From: an uncultured Chloroflexia bacterium
GTDB lineage: Bacteria; Chloroflexota; Anaerolineae; CG2-30-64-16
Direction: 5' to 3'
Assembly: GCA_963810095.1 (NCBI GenBank)
Contig: CAWEMM010000002.1
Span: 224,001-288,000 of the forward strand
DNA length: 64,000 nt
Shown here: piece by piece, positions 1-9,902 of the stretch
How positions within the stretch are numbered: the first letter of the stretch is position 1
Layout: each line of letters opens with the position of its first letter
The notes under the pieces: generated by a model
Told to the model about the DNA's origin: nothing
Database searches by the model: none
What the model saw: only the letters and a program-made list of their open reading frames with translations
Position numbers and translations under genes: made by a program

Positions 1-2
1 TC

Positions 3-386
3 GACGGCGACGAGATGCGCGCATACAAGGGCAATTACGAGGAATACCTGAAGCTGCGCGTGGCCGAAGCGGGCGGGGGGGTCAAGCCTAACGGCGACGA
101 AGACAAACAGCCCGCCATTGATGCCGACCGGGAGCGGGCCCTGGAGCGCGAGCGCTCGAAAGAAGAGCGCCGCCAGCGCAAGGCGGCCGAGAAGCGTGCC
201 GAAGCCGCTGCGGCAATGGAGCAGCGGATCCACGAGTTGGAGGCAAAGCTCGGCGGCCTAAGCAACCAGCTCGAGGCCGCGAGCCTCGCGGGCGATGTCA
301 CGAAGGTCCAGCGATTGGGCGTCGAATACCAGCAGACGGACGCGGAACTGCACCGCGTCATGTCAGAGTGGGCAGAGCTGGCATAA
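3..386 (+). CDS. ABC-F family ATP-binding protein, C-terminal fragment (5' truncated by window)
   Basis: 'YKGNYEEY' motif after the second NBD, then a charged coiled-coil tail ending 'W(A)EL', typical of the ABC-F/Uup C-terminal domain. Confidence 0.75.
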   Translation, partial: DGDEMRAYKGNYEEYLKLRVAEAGGGVKPNGDEDKQPAIDADRERALERERSKEERRQRKAAEKRAEAAAAMEQRIHELEAKLGGLSNQLEAASLAGDVTKVQRLGVEYQQTDAELHRVMSEWAELA

Positions 387-1018
387 TGACCCTGGTGATC
401 GGTCTTACCGGCGGAATCGGCTGCGGGAAGAGCCACGTACGCGAGACGCTCGTGGCGCTCGGTGCGGAAGGCATCGATGCGGACAAGGTCGCGCACGACG
501 TCATGGCGCCCGGTGCAGCCGCGTATGCGCCGTTGGTTGCGGCGTTCGGGCCGGAATTCGTGCAGCCCGACGGCGAGATTGACCGGGCGAAGCTGGGAGC
601 ACTCGTGTTCCGCGATACGGCAGCACTGGCGAAGCTCGAAGCGACCGTCCATCCTGCCGTCTACGAGGCGATCAGGACGCGGGTCGAGCGCAGCACCGCG
701 CCCGTCGTCGTCATCGAGGCGATCAAGCTGCTCGAGGCCGGGCTCAGCGTCACGCTGTGCGACCGGGTGTGGATCGTGGTCTGCAGCGAAGCGGCGCAGC
801 TGGAGCGTTTGGCGCGCAGCCGAGGGATGAGCGAGGCAGAAGTGGGCCGTCGGCGCGCGAACCAAATGCCTCCCGAACAGATGGCGCGGGAAGCGGACCT
901 GGTCATCGACACGAACGGGACGCTGGTCGAGACTGAAGAAAAAGTGCGGCGGGCCTGGCAGCAGTTGGGGCTGCCGCTGCCGTCGAAGGCAGGTGAGAAT
1001 GCGAAAACTGTGGAATAA
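386..1018 (+). CDS. coaE: dephospho-CoA kinase
   Basis: 'IGLTGGIGCGKS' P-loop, 'IDADKVAH', 'IDRAKLGALVF', 'ADLVIDTNG'; ATG overlaps the upstream TAA (TAATG). Confidence 0.95.
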   Translation: MTLVIGLTGGIGCGKSHVRETLVALGAEGIDADKVAHDVMAPGAAAYAPLVAAFGPEFVQPDGEIDRAKLGALVFRDTAALAKLEATVHPAVYEAIRTRVERSTAPVVVIEAIKLLEAGLSVTLCDRVWIVVCSEAAQLERLARSRGMSEAEVGRRRANQMPPEQMAREADLVIDTNGTLVETEEKVRRAWQQLGLPLPSKAGENAKTVE

Positions 1019-1286
1019 TCATCCTAATCTCATCTCGTGGGCCGTGCTGGCCATCGGCATGGTCATCATCGTCGTTTTTTCAGCCCGGAACGTGGGCTTT
1101 CAGCCGGCGCAGTGGGCTGCGGTCATCGTCGCAACTGTCCTGCTGGCCGGCTTGTGCGTGTGGATCGTTAGTTGGGAAGACTCGACCGACGAGCAGCAGG
1201 ATGCACCTGCGGTCGACGAGACATCATTGCCTGGTAAGGAGCAAGATTCTGCGCCCCGGCAACCGGCGCGCAGTGGGGATCTATGA
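999..1286 (+). CDS. small membrane protein (2 TM), hypothetical
   Basis: two hydrophobic helices then an acidic tail; overlaps the coaE stop and the dnaJ start. Confidence 0.65.
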   Translation: MRKLWNNHPNLISWAVLAIGMVIIVVFSARNVGFQPAQWAAVIVATVLLAGLCVWIVSWEDSTDEQQDAPAVDETSLPGKEQDSAPRQPARSGDL

Positions 1287-2431
1287 GCAAGCGCGATTAT
1301 TACGAAGTATTGGGCGTGCCGCGCGATGCGGATGACAGCGCGATCAAGGGCGCTTATCGCCGCTTGGCGCGCCAGTATCATCCCGATGTGAACAAGGCGG
1401 CAGACGCCGAGGAACGCTTCAAGGAGATCAACGAAGCGTACGAGGTGTTGAGCGACGCAGACCGGCGGGCCGCCTACGACCGCTATGGCCATGCGGCGAC
1501 CCAGGGCTTCCCGGGGGCCGGTGGTGGCGGCTTTGGCGGTTCCGGATTCCCCGACCTGAACGACATCTTTGGCGAGTTCTTTGGTGGGTTCGGCGGCTCT
1601 CGTGGGGGCGCGGCGTCGCGCGGCCCCGCCCGCGGCGCTGACCTCCGCTACGACCTGGAGATCACCTTCCAGGAAGCAGTGTTCGGTGCGGAGAAGGAAA
1701 TCGAAATCCAGCGGCAGGAGCCCTGCCCGGTGTGCAACGGCTCGGGCGCAGAGCCGGGTACCAAGCCGGTCCGCTGCCCCCAGTGCAATGGCACCGGTGA
1801 GGTGCGCCGCGCCCAGCAGACCATTCTCGGCCAGTTCGTGAGCGTGACGACGTGCCCGCGCTGTAACGGCGAGCGTGAGATCGTCACGTCGCCTTGCTCG
1901 AATTGCCGGGGCGCCAAGCGGGTGCGCGTGAGCCGGAAGATCATGGTCAACATCCCCGCCGGCGTCGACGACGGGATGCGCGTCCGGCTGACGAACGAAG
2001 GCGAGCCGGGTGAGCGCGGCGGCCCCGCAGGTAGCCTCTTTATCGTCTTGAGTGTTAGGCCGCACGCGCTGTTCCAGCGGCAAGAGAACGACATCGTCCT
2101 CGAATTGCCCGTCAACATCGTGCAGGCCGCGCTCGGCGCCGAGATCGAAGCGCCCACTGTCGACGGGACCGAGAAGATCAACGTCAAGCCGGGCGCCCAA
2201 CACGGCGACGTGATTCGCTTGAAGGGCAAGGGCGTGCCGGTCTTGCACACCAACGGCCGCCGCGGCGACCAGTTGATCGTCGTCAAGGTGGTCGTCCCCG
2301 AGCGGCTGAATGAAAAGCAGAAGAAGCTGCTGATGGAGCTGGGCCAGTCGTTGGGCCTGGAGTCACTGGGGAAGGACAACCGCAACCTGTTTGAGCGGTT
2401 TGTGGACGCGGTCGGGGACGCGTTGGGGTAA
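1283..2431 (+). CDS. dnaJ: molecular chaperone DnaJ
   Basis: J-domain with HPD, G/F-rich region, four CxxCxGxG-type zinc-finger repeats. Confidence 0.98.
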   Translation: MSKRDYYEVLGVPRDADDSAIKGAYRRLARQYHPDVNKAADAEERFKEINEAYEVLSDADRRAAYDRYGHAATQGFPGAGGGGFGGSGFPDLNDIFGEFFGGFGGSRGGAASRGPARGADLRYDLEITFQEAVFGAEKEIEIQRQEPCPVCNGSGAEPGTKPVRCPQCNGTGEVRRAQQTILGQFVSVTTCPRCNGEREIVTSPCSNCRGAKRVRVSRKIMVNIPAGVDDGMRVRLTNEGEPGERGGPAGSLFIVLSVRPHALFQRQENDIVLELPVNIVQAALGAEIEAPTVDGTEKINVKPGAQHGDVIRLKGKGVPVLHTNGRRGDQLIVVKVVVPERLNEKQKKLLMELGQSLGLESLGKDNRNLFERFVDAVGDALG

Positions 2432-2433
2432 GC

Positions 2434-3363
2434 ATGGACTGGATCGAGATCAGCGTTGCCGCGGATGGGGAAGCTGCCGAGGCAGTGAGCGAGCTTTTCA
2501 ACCGCCTCAATTCGCGGCCCGACGGCCAGGGCGGCGCCGTGACCGAGGTGGGCGGCTGGGACCCGGTCGGCGAGGACCATCACATAGCCGTCACGGTCAA
2601 GACTTACCTGGCCGCGGACGAGCCAACCACGGCCGATACGCAGCGCCAGATCGAAGAGGGCCTGTGGTTCCTGGGCCGCGTGTACCCGCTCGGCGAACCG
2701 CAAATCCGGCCGCTCAAGGAAGAGGACTGGGCCAATTCCTGGAAAGCCGGCTATAAGCCGCTGCAGGTGGGCCGGTTCCTGATCATTCCTTCGTGGGAGC
2801 GCGAGGATGTCGTCCCGCCCCCGGGCGTCCTGCCGCTTATTCTCGACCCCGGCATGGCCTTCGGCACCGGGCTGCATCCAAGCACGCAGTTGTGCCTGCT
2901 CGGCATGGATGGGGTTGTGGGCCCCGGCACGCGAGTGCTGGATGCCGGGTGCGGCTCGGGTATCCTGAGCATCGCGGCCGCGCGCCTGGGCGCGACGGAG
3001 ATCGACGGCTTCGACATCGACCCCATCGCCGTGCGCGCCACTGGCGAGAACGCCGCCCTTAACGATCTTCCCGGCCCCATCAACGTGGTCACCAGCAGCG
3101 GGCCGGACGAAGCTGCGTTCTGGTACGCCCCGGACGGTGCGGCGCGCACCTGGGACGTCCTGCTCGTGAACATCCTGCCCCACGTCATCACCGCGCTCCT
3201 GGATCAAGGGCTGGCGCAGCACATGGCGCCGGGCGGCAAGATGATCCTGGCCGGGATCATCGAGGAGCGCGAGCCCGACCTCCGCGCCTACCTGGCCGGT
3301 AAGGGCCTGCGTGTGGCACGGCGCCTGGTCCAGGGCGACTGGGTCTCCCTCACTGTCGCATGA
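2434..3363 (+). CDS. prmA: 50S ribosomal protein L11 methyltransferase
   Basis: 'EEDWANSWK', 'LDPGMAFGTGLHPST', 'VLDAGCGSGILSI'; canonical dnaJ-prmA synteny. Confidence 0.95.
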   Translation: MDWIEISVAADGEAAEAVSELFNRLNSRPDGQGGAVTEVGGWDPVGEDHHIAVTVKTYLAADEPTTADTQRQIEEGLWFLGRVYPLGEPQIRPLKEEDWANSWKAGYKPLQVGRFLIIPSWEREDVVPPPGVLPLILDPGMAFGTGLHPSTQLCLLGMDGVVGPGTRVLDAGCGSGILSIAAARLGATEIDGFDIDPIAVRATGENAALNDLPGPINVVTSSGPDEAAFWYAPDGAARTWDVLLVNILPHVITALLDQGLAQHMAPGGKMILAGIIEEREPDLRAYLAGKGLRVARRLVQGDWVSLTVA

Positions 3364-4136
3364 AGGCGGCCTACCCGATCCTGGAGTTTGATCCCTCGCC
3401 ACGTGCGGTCATCGAGCCGCACTGCCCCCTGCCGGTTGCTCCGCCGCCATTCGCTTGCGTCCTCTGCTTTTTCGGCGAGGTGATTCGCAAGCTGAACCGC
3501 CAGAAACGGCTGCGCCGCCTGATGACGCTGCGGAGCGAAATGGGCCCGCACCACCTGTATGAGATGGAGGTCGGCCGGCAGCGGCTGGGCCTGTTTCATG
3601 CCGCCGTCGGCGCGCCGTTGGCGGCCGGGCTCCTCGACGAAGTGATCGCTTACGGGTGTCGGGCGTTCATAGCGTGCGGCAGTGCGGGCGTGCTCGACCG
3701 CGAGATCGCCGTCGGGCACGTCGTCGTTCCCACCAGTGCAGTGCGCGATGAGGGCACCTCGTACCATTATGCACCACCGGGCCGGGAGATCGAGCCGAGC
3801 CCTGACGCGGTGGCGGCCATCGAACGGACTTTGCTCGACCGGGATGTGCCCTACATCCTGGCGAAGACCTGGACGACCGATGCGTTCTACCGCGAGACGC
3901 CCGCGAAGGTGGCGCTGCGCCGCGCCGAGGGCTGCCTGACGGTCGAAATGGAAGCCGCCGCGTTCTTTGCCGTCGCGCGGTTTCGCAACGTGACTTTCGG
4001 GCAGATGCTTTACGGGGGCGACGACGTGAGCGGCGAGGAGTGGGATACGCGCAGCTGGCATTCGCGGACCAGTGCGCGGGAGGCGCTGTTCTGGCTGGCG
4101 GTTGAGGCGGCGCAGCGCCTGGACCACGAGGGCTGA
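3360..4136 (+). CDS. nucleoside phosphorylase (PNP/UDP family)
   Basis: 'ACGSAG', 'AVRDEGTSYHY', 'TWTTDAFYRET', 'VEMEAAA'. Confidence 0.9.
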   Translation: MKAAYPILEFDPSPRAVIEPHCPLPVAPPPFACVLCFFGEVIRKLNRQKRLRRLMTLRSEMGPHHLYEMEVGRQRLGLFHAAVGAPLAAGLLDEVIAYGCRAFIACGSAGVLDREIAVGHVVVPTSAVRDEGTSYHYAPPGREIEPSPDAVAAIERTLLDRDVPYILAKTWTTDAFYRETPAKVALRRAEGCLTVEMEAAAFFAVARFRNVTFGQMLYGGDDVSGEEWDTRSWHSRTSAREALFWLAVEAAQRLDHEG

Positions 4137-4137
4137 G

Positions 4138-4882
4138 ATGCATCGCTTCTTTATCGCGCCCCACCTTCTGGCGCGCGAACCTGTGGTGCTCACGGGCGAG
4201 GTGGCCCACCAGATGCGGCGAGTGCTGCGGTTGGCGCCCGGCGACTGCGTCCTGCTGCTCGACGGCGAGGGCCTGAGCTGTGAGGCCGAAGTGCTGGCAA
4301 TCACAGGCAAGGACGTCCGGCTGACGGTCAGGAGCCGCGCCCTGGCTGGGGGCGAGCCGCGCGGTGCACATCACGCTGTACCAGGCGGTGCTGAAGGGCG
4401 AGCGTTTTGCGTGGGCGCTGCAGAAGGGCACGGAGGTCGGCGTTGCGGCATTCGTGCCGCTCATCACGGAGCGCAGCATTATCGACGACCTGCACGTCGT
4501 CGAGGCGAAGGCCGAGCGCTGGCAGCGCATCATCCAGGAGGCTGCCGAGCAGTGCGGCCGGGGCAAGGTGCCGCAGCTCTATCCGGGCCAGATGCTGCGC
4601 CAGGCCCTCAAGACGCCGGGTTGGCCGGGCGCGCGGCGGATCATCCCTTGGGAAGGGGAGCACGGCGTCGCCCTATCTGAGGCGCTGGCCGAGTGTAACC
4701 TTAACGAGGGCGCGCGCATCGAAGTGTTTGTAGGCCCCGAAGGGGGCTTCACCGCAGCGGAGATCGATTGGGCGCGGGGGCACGATGTGCTGCCTGTGAC
4801 GCTCGGGTCGCGCATTCTCCGCGCCGAAACCGCCGGGCTCGTCGCCGCGGTGGGGATCATGTATCAAGCGGGCGAGTTTTGA
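4138..4882 (+). CDS. rsmE: 16S rRNA m3U1498 methyltransferase RsmE (one +1 indel near 4363, probably sequencing error)
   Basis: N-terminus 'MHRFF...HQMRRVLRL' in one frame; 'KGTEVGV', 'EAAEQCGR', 'VGPEGGF', 'LGSRILRAETA' in the next frame. Confidence 0.9.
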
Positions 4883-4914
4883 GAAGCCTCCGGGGTTTTG
4901 AAACCCAGGGGCTT
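4883..4914. repeat. short imperfect intergenic palindrome (REP-like or terminator)
   Basis: AAGCCTCCGGGGTTT-TG-AAACCCAGGGGCTT directly after the rsmE stop. Confidence 0.5.
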
Positions 4915-4936
4915 GCTTTTTGGAGGACACCTCGAC

Positions 4937-6010
4937 ATGCAGGACGGACTGAACTTTAATCTGAACATGGGCGGCGCGGCCGGCGAGCGGCAGTTTGAAG
5001 AACTGGCAGCGCCAGAGCTGGATCAGGCGCCCCGGCCCGAGATTGAGAACGTGATCATCGTGGGCAGCGGGCCGGCCGGCTGGTCGGCCGCCATCTACAC
5101 TGCCCGCGCCAACCTGCGACCCCTGCTGATCACGGGGAACGAGTTGGGCGGTCAGATCGCGCTGACAACCGAGGTGGAGAACTTCCCCGGCTTTGAGCAG
5201 ATCCAGGGCCCGGAACTGGTCGAGCGGATGCAGAAGCAGGCCGAGCGTTTCGGCACGGAAGTGCTGATCGACTACGTGACGGAAATCGACGTCGACGGGC
5301 CGCCCTTCACGGTGCGCACGGCGTCCGGCCGCGAGTTCAAGACCAAGGGGATTATCGCTGCGACGGGCGCGGCGCCCCGGCGCATGGGCGTGCCCGGCGA
5401 AGACGAACTCATCGGCCGCGGCGTCAGCTACTGCGCCACCTGCGACGGCTTCTTCTTCCGCAACAAGGACGTGGTCGTCGTCGGCGGCGGCGACAGCGCG
5501 CTGCAGGAAGGGCTGTTCCTGACCAAGTTTGCCTCGCGCGTGCGCATCATCCATCGCCGGGATCAACTGCGGGCCGGCGCGGTGCTGCAGCGCCGGGCAA
5601 AGGAAAACCCGAAGATCGAGTTTGTCTGGAATACCGTCGTCGAGAAGGTCAGTGGCGCGGAGAAGGTGAACGGTCTCGCGCTGCGCAACCTCGTGACCGG
5701 CGAGGTCAGTGAGACCAAGACCGATGGCGTCTTCGTGTATATCGGCCACCTGCCGAACAACTCGCTGTTTGCGGATAAGCTGGCGATGGACGACGAAGGC
5801 TACCTGGTCACCGACAAGCTCATGCGGACGAGCGTACCGGGCATTTTCGCGGCCGGCGAGATCCAGGACCATCGTTTCAAGCAGGCGGCGACCTCCGCCG
5901 GTCAGGGCGTGTCGGCGGCGATGGAGGTCGAAAAGTACCTGGCCGACCTGGAAGACCGCACGTATCCGGGGCGGGAAGAGACCTATAAGGAAGTCGAGCT
6001 CGCAGCGTAG
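4937..6010 (+). CDS. trxB: thioredoxin-disulfide reductase
   Basis: 'IIVGSGPAG', '[12 protein letters not shown]' (CxxC), 'VVGGGDSA', '[10 protein letters not shown]'; RBS GGAGG upstream of ATG 4937. Confidence 0.95.
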   Translation: MQDGLNFNLNMGGAAGERQFEELAAPELDQAPRPEIENVIIVGSGPAGWSAAIYTARANLRPLLITGNELGGQIALTTEVENFPGFEQIQGPELVERMQKQAERFGTEVLIDYVTEIDVDGPPFTVRTASGREFKTKGIIAATGAAPRRMGVPGEDELIGRGVSYCATCDGFFFRNKDVVVVGGGDSALQEGLFLTKFASRVRIIHRRDQLRAGAVLQRRAKENPKIEFVWNTVVEKVSGAEKVNGLALRNLVTGEVSETKTDGVFVYIGHLPNNSLFADKLAMDDEGYLVTDKLMRTSVPGIFAAGEIQDHRFKQAATSAGQGVSAAMEVEKYLADLEDRTYPGREETYKEVELAA

Positions 6011-6020
6011 GGCGAGATCA

Positions 6021-6092
6021 CACCACAAAGACACAAAGACACAAAGACACAAGGCTCGATTGCGCTCCTTCGTGTCTTTGTGTCTTTGTGTT
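6021..6092. repeat. intergenic palindrome built of 8-nt ACACAAAG / CTTTGTGT units
   Basis: CACCACAAAG-ACACAAAG-ACACAAAG-ACACAAGG ... CTTCGTGT-CTTTGTGT-CTTTGTGT. Confidence 0.85.
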
Positions 6093-6104
6093 TTAATACC
6101 CTGC

Positions 6105-6882
6105 ATGAACGAACTCATTCCATTGCTCCAGGCATACCTGCGGAAATCGGCCGGGCACACCCGCACGGTCGTCGCGCATCCGCCCTTCCATCTGTACATC
6201 CATCCAACCGACCGGTTCCGGTTCTTCAACTACGCGATTCCGGATTTGCCGGTCGAGGCGCTGAGCAGGTCCGAGCTCGAAGGCCTGGCCGCGGCGTTCG
6301 CCTCCCACAACCGCTCGCTGCGCTTCGAGTTTCTGCACGAATACGCGCCCCGGCTGGGCGGCCTGCTCGACGCGCTCGGCGTGCCGCAGGAGGGTGAGAA
6401 CCCGCTGCTGGTGGCCACGCCCGAGACCTTCAAGGAGGTGGCTCACCCCGACGGCCTGGTGATACGCCGCCTCACGCCCGGCTCGCCCGATGCAGAACTG
6501 GCCGCGCAAATCGATGTGGCGAGCCGGGGGTTCGGCGACGAAGGACGCGACGCGACGCCCGAGCGCATCGCGGACCTGCGGCGCCGGTTGGGGCTGGGGG
6601 GCGCGTACTTTGGGGCCTGGTTGGGCGCGCAGGCCGGCCGGCGTCGGCGCCTACACCGTGCCGCTGGATGGCTTCACCGAGTTGGTGGGGATTGCCACGC
6701 TGCCGGAATACCGCCGGCGGGGGATTGCGGGCGCCGTGACCGCGGAAATGACGCGGGCCGCGTTTGAGGAAGGCGTGCGGACCGCGTTTCTGACGGCCGA
6801 GGACGACGCTGCTAGCCGGGTGTACCAGCGAGCCGGGTTCTACAGGATCGGGACGGGCCTGGCGTACGGGGTCGAGGAATAG
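6105..6882 (+). CDS. GNAT family N-acetyltransferase (frameshift near 6630, probably sequencing error)
   Basis: C-terminal 'ELVGIATLPEYRRRGIA' acetyl-CoA motif and 'VYQRAGF'; N-terminal half in another frame. Confidence 0.8.
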
Positions 6883-6887
6883 AAGGC

Positions 6888-6962
6888 AGATTCGACTGAT
6901 TGAACTGATCTTGGTGATCTTGCGGGAAGACCAGGGTGATCAGTTCAATCAGTTCGATCAGC
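6888..6962. repeat. intergenic palindrome with 9-nt periodic ACTGATT / AATCAGT units between convergent genes
   Basis: GATTCGACTGATTGAACTGATC ... GATCAGTTCAATCAGTTCGATC. Confidence 0.75.
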
Positions 6963-6968
6963 GGGCCG

Positions 6969-8192
6969 TTAGCGCGCCTGTCTGCGCGTCGTCACGTCGA
7001 AGATCACGGCGAGCGCAAGCACGAGGCCGCGCACGATGTACTGCCACGAGATGTCGACGCCCATCAGGTTCATGCCGCTGGTCAGTGACATGTAAACCAG
7101 CGCGCCGATGAGCGAACCGATAATCGTCCCGATGCCGCCGGCCGGCGAAGCGCCGCCGATAAACGCGGCCGCGATGGCGTCAAGCTCGAACAGGTTGCCT
7201 GCTTGCGGTGTCGCCGAGCGCAGCCGGGACGCGAAGAGCATGCCGGCCAGCGCCGTCAGGAAGCCCATCGACATGAAGACGAAGAAGGTAATGCGCTTAA
7301 CGTTGACGCCGCTAAGCGCCGCGGCCTCGGGGTTGCCGCCCAAGGCGTAGATGTGCCGGCCGAGGACCGTCTTCGTGGTCATGAAATGGTACACGCCGAC
7401 CACGATCAGCATGATCACGACGGTCCATGAGAGGCCGTTATACCCCGCCAGGATCCAGGTAATCACGCCAAACAACAGCGACAGCAACACCAGCTTCAGA
7501 ATGAACAGGTTGGTCGACAGCACCTCGAAGCCATACGAGATCTTCGTCCGGCGGCTGCTAATCTGGCTGAAGATGAATAACACGATCGCGAGGAGCCCCA
7601 GCAACAGTGTCAAGATGTGCATGCTGGGCAGGAACGCTCTATCCTTGCCCAGAATATCCGGAATGTAGCTATTGCCCAGATCGTTGAAGAACTTGTTGTT
7701 GATGATCACCGTGCCGGTGCCCGCCAGGACGAGCAGGAGCACGCCGCGGTAGGCGAGCCAGCCGGCCAGGGTCGCGACGAAGGCAGGGATGCCGACCTTC
7801 GCCACCAGGAAGCCGGTGAGTGAGCCTGCGGCAATACCCACAAGGAACGTGATCGGCAGGACCACCCACGGCGACAGGCCATACGTGGTGAGGCCAATGG
7901 CGGCAATCGCGCCGCACAGGCCGGCCAGGAAGCCAACGGACAGGTCGATGTGCCGGATGATGATGACGAGCGTCATGCCGCAGGCCAGAACGGCGATGTA
8001 GCCGGTCTGATTCAGCAGGTTGCTGATATTGCGCGGGGTCAGGAAGAGGCCCTTCGTCGTGATCTGGAAGACGATCATGATGACGGCCAGGGCGATATAC
8101 ATGCCGTAGTCGCGGGCATTCTGTCGCATCATCTTGCCGAACGTCGTGGTCGAGGCTGGCGCTGCACCAGCCGGAGTAGAGGTAGCAGACAC
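6969..8192 (-). CDS. multiple-monosaccharide ABC transporter permease (GguB/MmsB/XylH-like)
   Basis: 'HIDLSVG', 'GIPAFVATLAG', 'GRHIYALGGNPEAAALSG', 'ELDAIAAAFIGGAS'. Confidence 0.92.
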   Translation of the reverse strand: MSATSTPAGAAPASTTTFGKMMRQNARDYGMYIALAVIMIVFQITTKGLFLTPRNISNLLNQTGYIAVLACGMTLVIIIRHIDLSVGFLAGLCGAIAAIGLTTYGLSPWVVLPITFLVGIAAGSLTGFLVAKVGIPAFVATLAGWLAYRGVLLLVLAGTGTVIINNKFFNDLGNSYIPDILGKDRAFLPSMHILTLLLGLLAIVLFIFSQISSRRTKISYGFEVLSTNLFILKLVLLSLLFGVITWILAGYNGLSWTVVIMLIVVGVYHFMTTKTVLGRHIYALGGNPEAAALSGVNVKRITFFVFMSMGFLTALAGMLFASRLRSATPQAGNLFELDAIAAAFIGGASPAGGIGTIIGSLIGALVYMSLTSGMNLMGVDISWQYIVRGLVLALAVIFDVTTRRQAR

Positions 8193-8203
8193 TGTGGGCC
8201 TCC

Positions 8204-9745
8204 TTAGTAGGTCGTTGCCAGAGCCATGATGTTTTCCTGCGTTGCCTGCTCGATGGGCAGTTCCCCTGCAATACGCCCCGCGGAGACAACGTAGACGCGA
8301 TCGCTCATGCCCAGCACCTCGGGCAACTCGGACGAGATCATGATGATGCTCATGCCCTGTTGAACCAGCCCGGCCATGATGGTGTAGATTTCGAACTTAG
8401 CGCCGACGTCGATGCCGCGGGTGGGTTCGTCAAGGATCAGCACGTCGGGGCCCACGAACAACCACTTCGCCACCGAGACCTTCTGCTGGTTGCCGCCGCT
8501 GAGGTTCACCACTTTTTGCTCGATACTCGGCGTCTTGATGTTGAGCGATTTCCGGTACTCCTCGGCGATCTTGATTTCTGCGTTGTTGTTCACGACCGCA
8601 TTGCTCGCGATCTTGCGCAGGTTTGCTAACGTGATGTTCTGCTTGACGTCCTGGATGAGGATTAGCCCGGCCGCTTTCCGGTCTTCGGTCGCATAAGCGA
8701 TGCCGGAACGAATGGCCGACTCGGGCAGGTTGAACTGCACCTTCTTCCCCTTGACGTACACGTCGCCGTGGATTTTGTACCCCTTCGAGTTGCCGAACAG
8801 GCTCAGCGCCAGCTCGGTGCGCCCCGACCCCATCAGCCCGGCAAAGCCGACAATCTCCCCCTTCTTGACGTTAAAGTTGACGTCTTGCAGGATCGTGCGG
8901 CCCAGTGCCGGATCGTAGGCGCCCCAGTTCTTCACCTCCAAGACCACTTCGTCGGTCACGACACGCTCGCGCGGCGGGTAGATGTTGGTGATCTCGCGCC
9001 CCACCATGTTTTTGATTAAGGCTGTCTCGGTGACCTGGCCCTTGGTTGCGTCAAGGGTGACGATGGTCTGTCCATCGCGCAATACGGTCACCTTGTCCGC
9101 GATGGCGATGACTTCGCGCAGCTTGTGGGAGATCAGGACGGAGGTTACCCCGTGTTCTTTGAGCTCGCGGATGAGCTGGAGCAGGTTCTCGCTGTCGTCT
9201 TCGTTCAGGGCCGCGGTCGGCTCGTCCAGGATCAGCAGCTTAACATCCTTGCTCAGCGCCTTGGCGATTTCCACGAGCTGCTGTTTGCCAACGCCCAGGT
9301 TCTTGACCTGCGTCGCGGGGTTGACGTTCAGCTTCACTTTGTGCAGGGCATCTACGGACCGCTTGATCGTCTCGTTCCAGTCGATCGTGATGCCCTTCTT
9401 GATCTCGTTGCCGAGGAAGATGTTCTCGTAGACGGTCAGCTCGGGAACCAGGGCCAACTCCTGGTAGATGATGGCGATGCCGGCCCGCTCGCTATCGCGA
9501 ATGCTCGCGAATTTTTGCTCCTGGCCGCTAAAAATGATTTCGCCGGAGTAGGAACCGTGTGGATAAACGCCGCTCAGCACCTTCATGAGCGTCGACTTGC
9601 CCGCGCCGTTCTCGCCGACCAGGCAATGGATCTCCCCCTGTTCCACCTGGAAGCTCACGTTGCTCAGAGCTTTCACGCCGGGGAAGGTCTTGGTGATGTT
9701 TTTCATCTCTAGGATGGGAGCCATCTTGAGGATGGGTTCGCTCAT
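8204..9745 (-). CDS. sugar ABC transporter ATP-binding protein, tandem NBDs (GguA/MmsA/XylG-like)
   Basis: '[10 protein letters not shown]', 'ILDEPT', 'ISHKL'; second NBD 'LSGGNQQK', '[12 protein letters not shown]'. Confidence 0.95.
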   Translation of the reverse strand: MSEPILKMAPILEMKNITKTFPGVKALSNVSFQVEQGEIHCLVGENGAGKSTLMKVLSGVYPHGSYSGEIIFSGQEQKFASIRDSERAGIAIIYQELALVPELTVYENIFLGNEIKKGITIDWNETIKRSVDALHKVKLNVNPATQVKNLGVGKQQLVEIAKALSKDVKLLILDEPTAALNEDDSENLLQLIRELKEHGVTSVLISHKLREVIAIADKVTVLRDGQTIVTLDATKGQVTETALIKNMVGREITNIYPPRERVVTDEVVLEVKNWGAYDPALGRTILQDVNFNVKKGEIVGFAGLMGSGRTELALSLFGNSKGYKIHGDVYVKGKKVQFNLPESAIRSGIAYATEDRKAAGLILIQDVKQNITLANLRKIASNAVVNNNAEIKIAEEYRKSLNIKTPSIEQKVVNLSGGNQQKVSVAKWLFVGPDVLILDEPTRGIDVGAKFEIYTIMAGLVQQGMSIIMISSELPEVLGMSDRVYVVSAGRIAGELPIEQATQENIMALATTY

Positions 9746-9791
9746 AGCCCTCTGCCTCCACTCAACGAACGGAGCGCCCTAGTGCAGACCC

Positions 9792-9886
9792 CGCGAAGCA
9801 CCGAGAGATGGTGCTTCGCGTGGGCCTGCCGTTGCAAGGGCTGCAGGAGTAGCTTGTTCTCGCAGGGCGGTTGGGCTACTCCTGCA
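9792..9886. terminator. two stem-loops between the binding-protein and ATPase genes (mRNA stabiliser or attenuator)
   Basis: CGCGAAGCACC..GGTGCTTCGCG and TGCAGGAGTAGC..GCTACTCCTGCA inverted repeats. Confidence 0.6.
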
Positions 9887-9902
9887 TGTCAGCTATACGC
9901 TC

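Noticed and set aside
6021-6092. Short repeats as a CRISPR array
   Set aside because: Units are 8 nt with no unique spacers, and there are no cas genes in the window.
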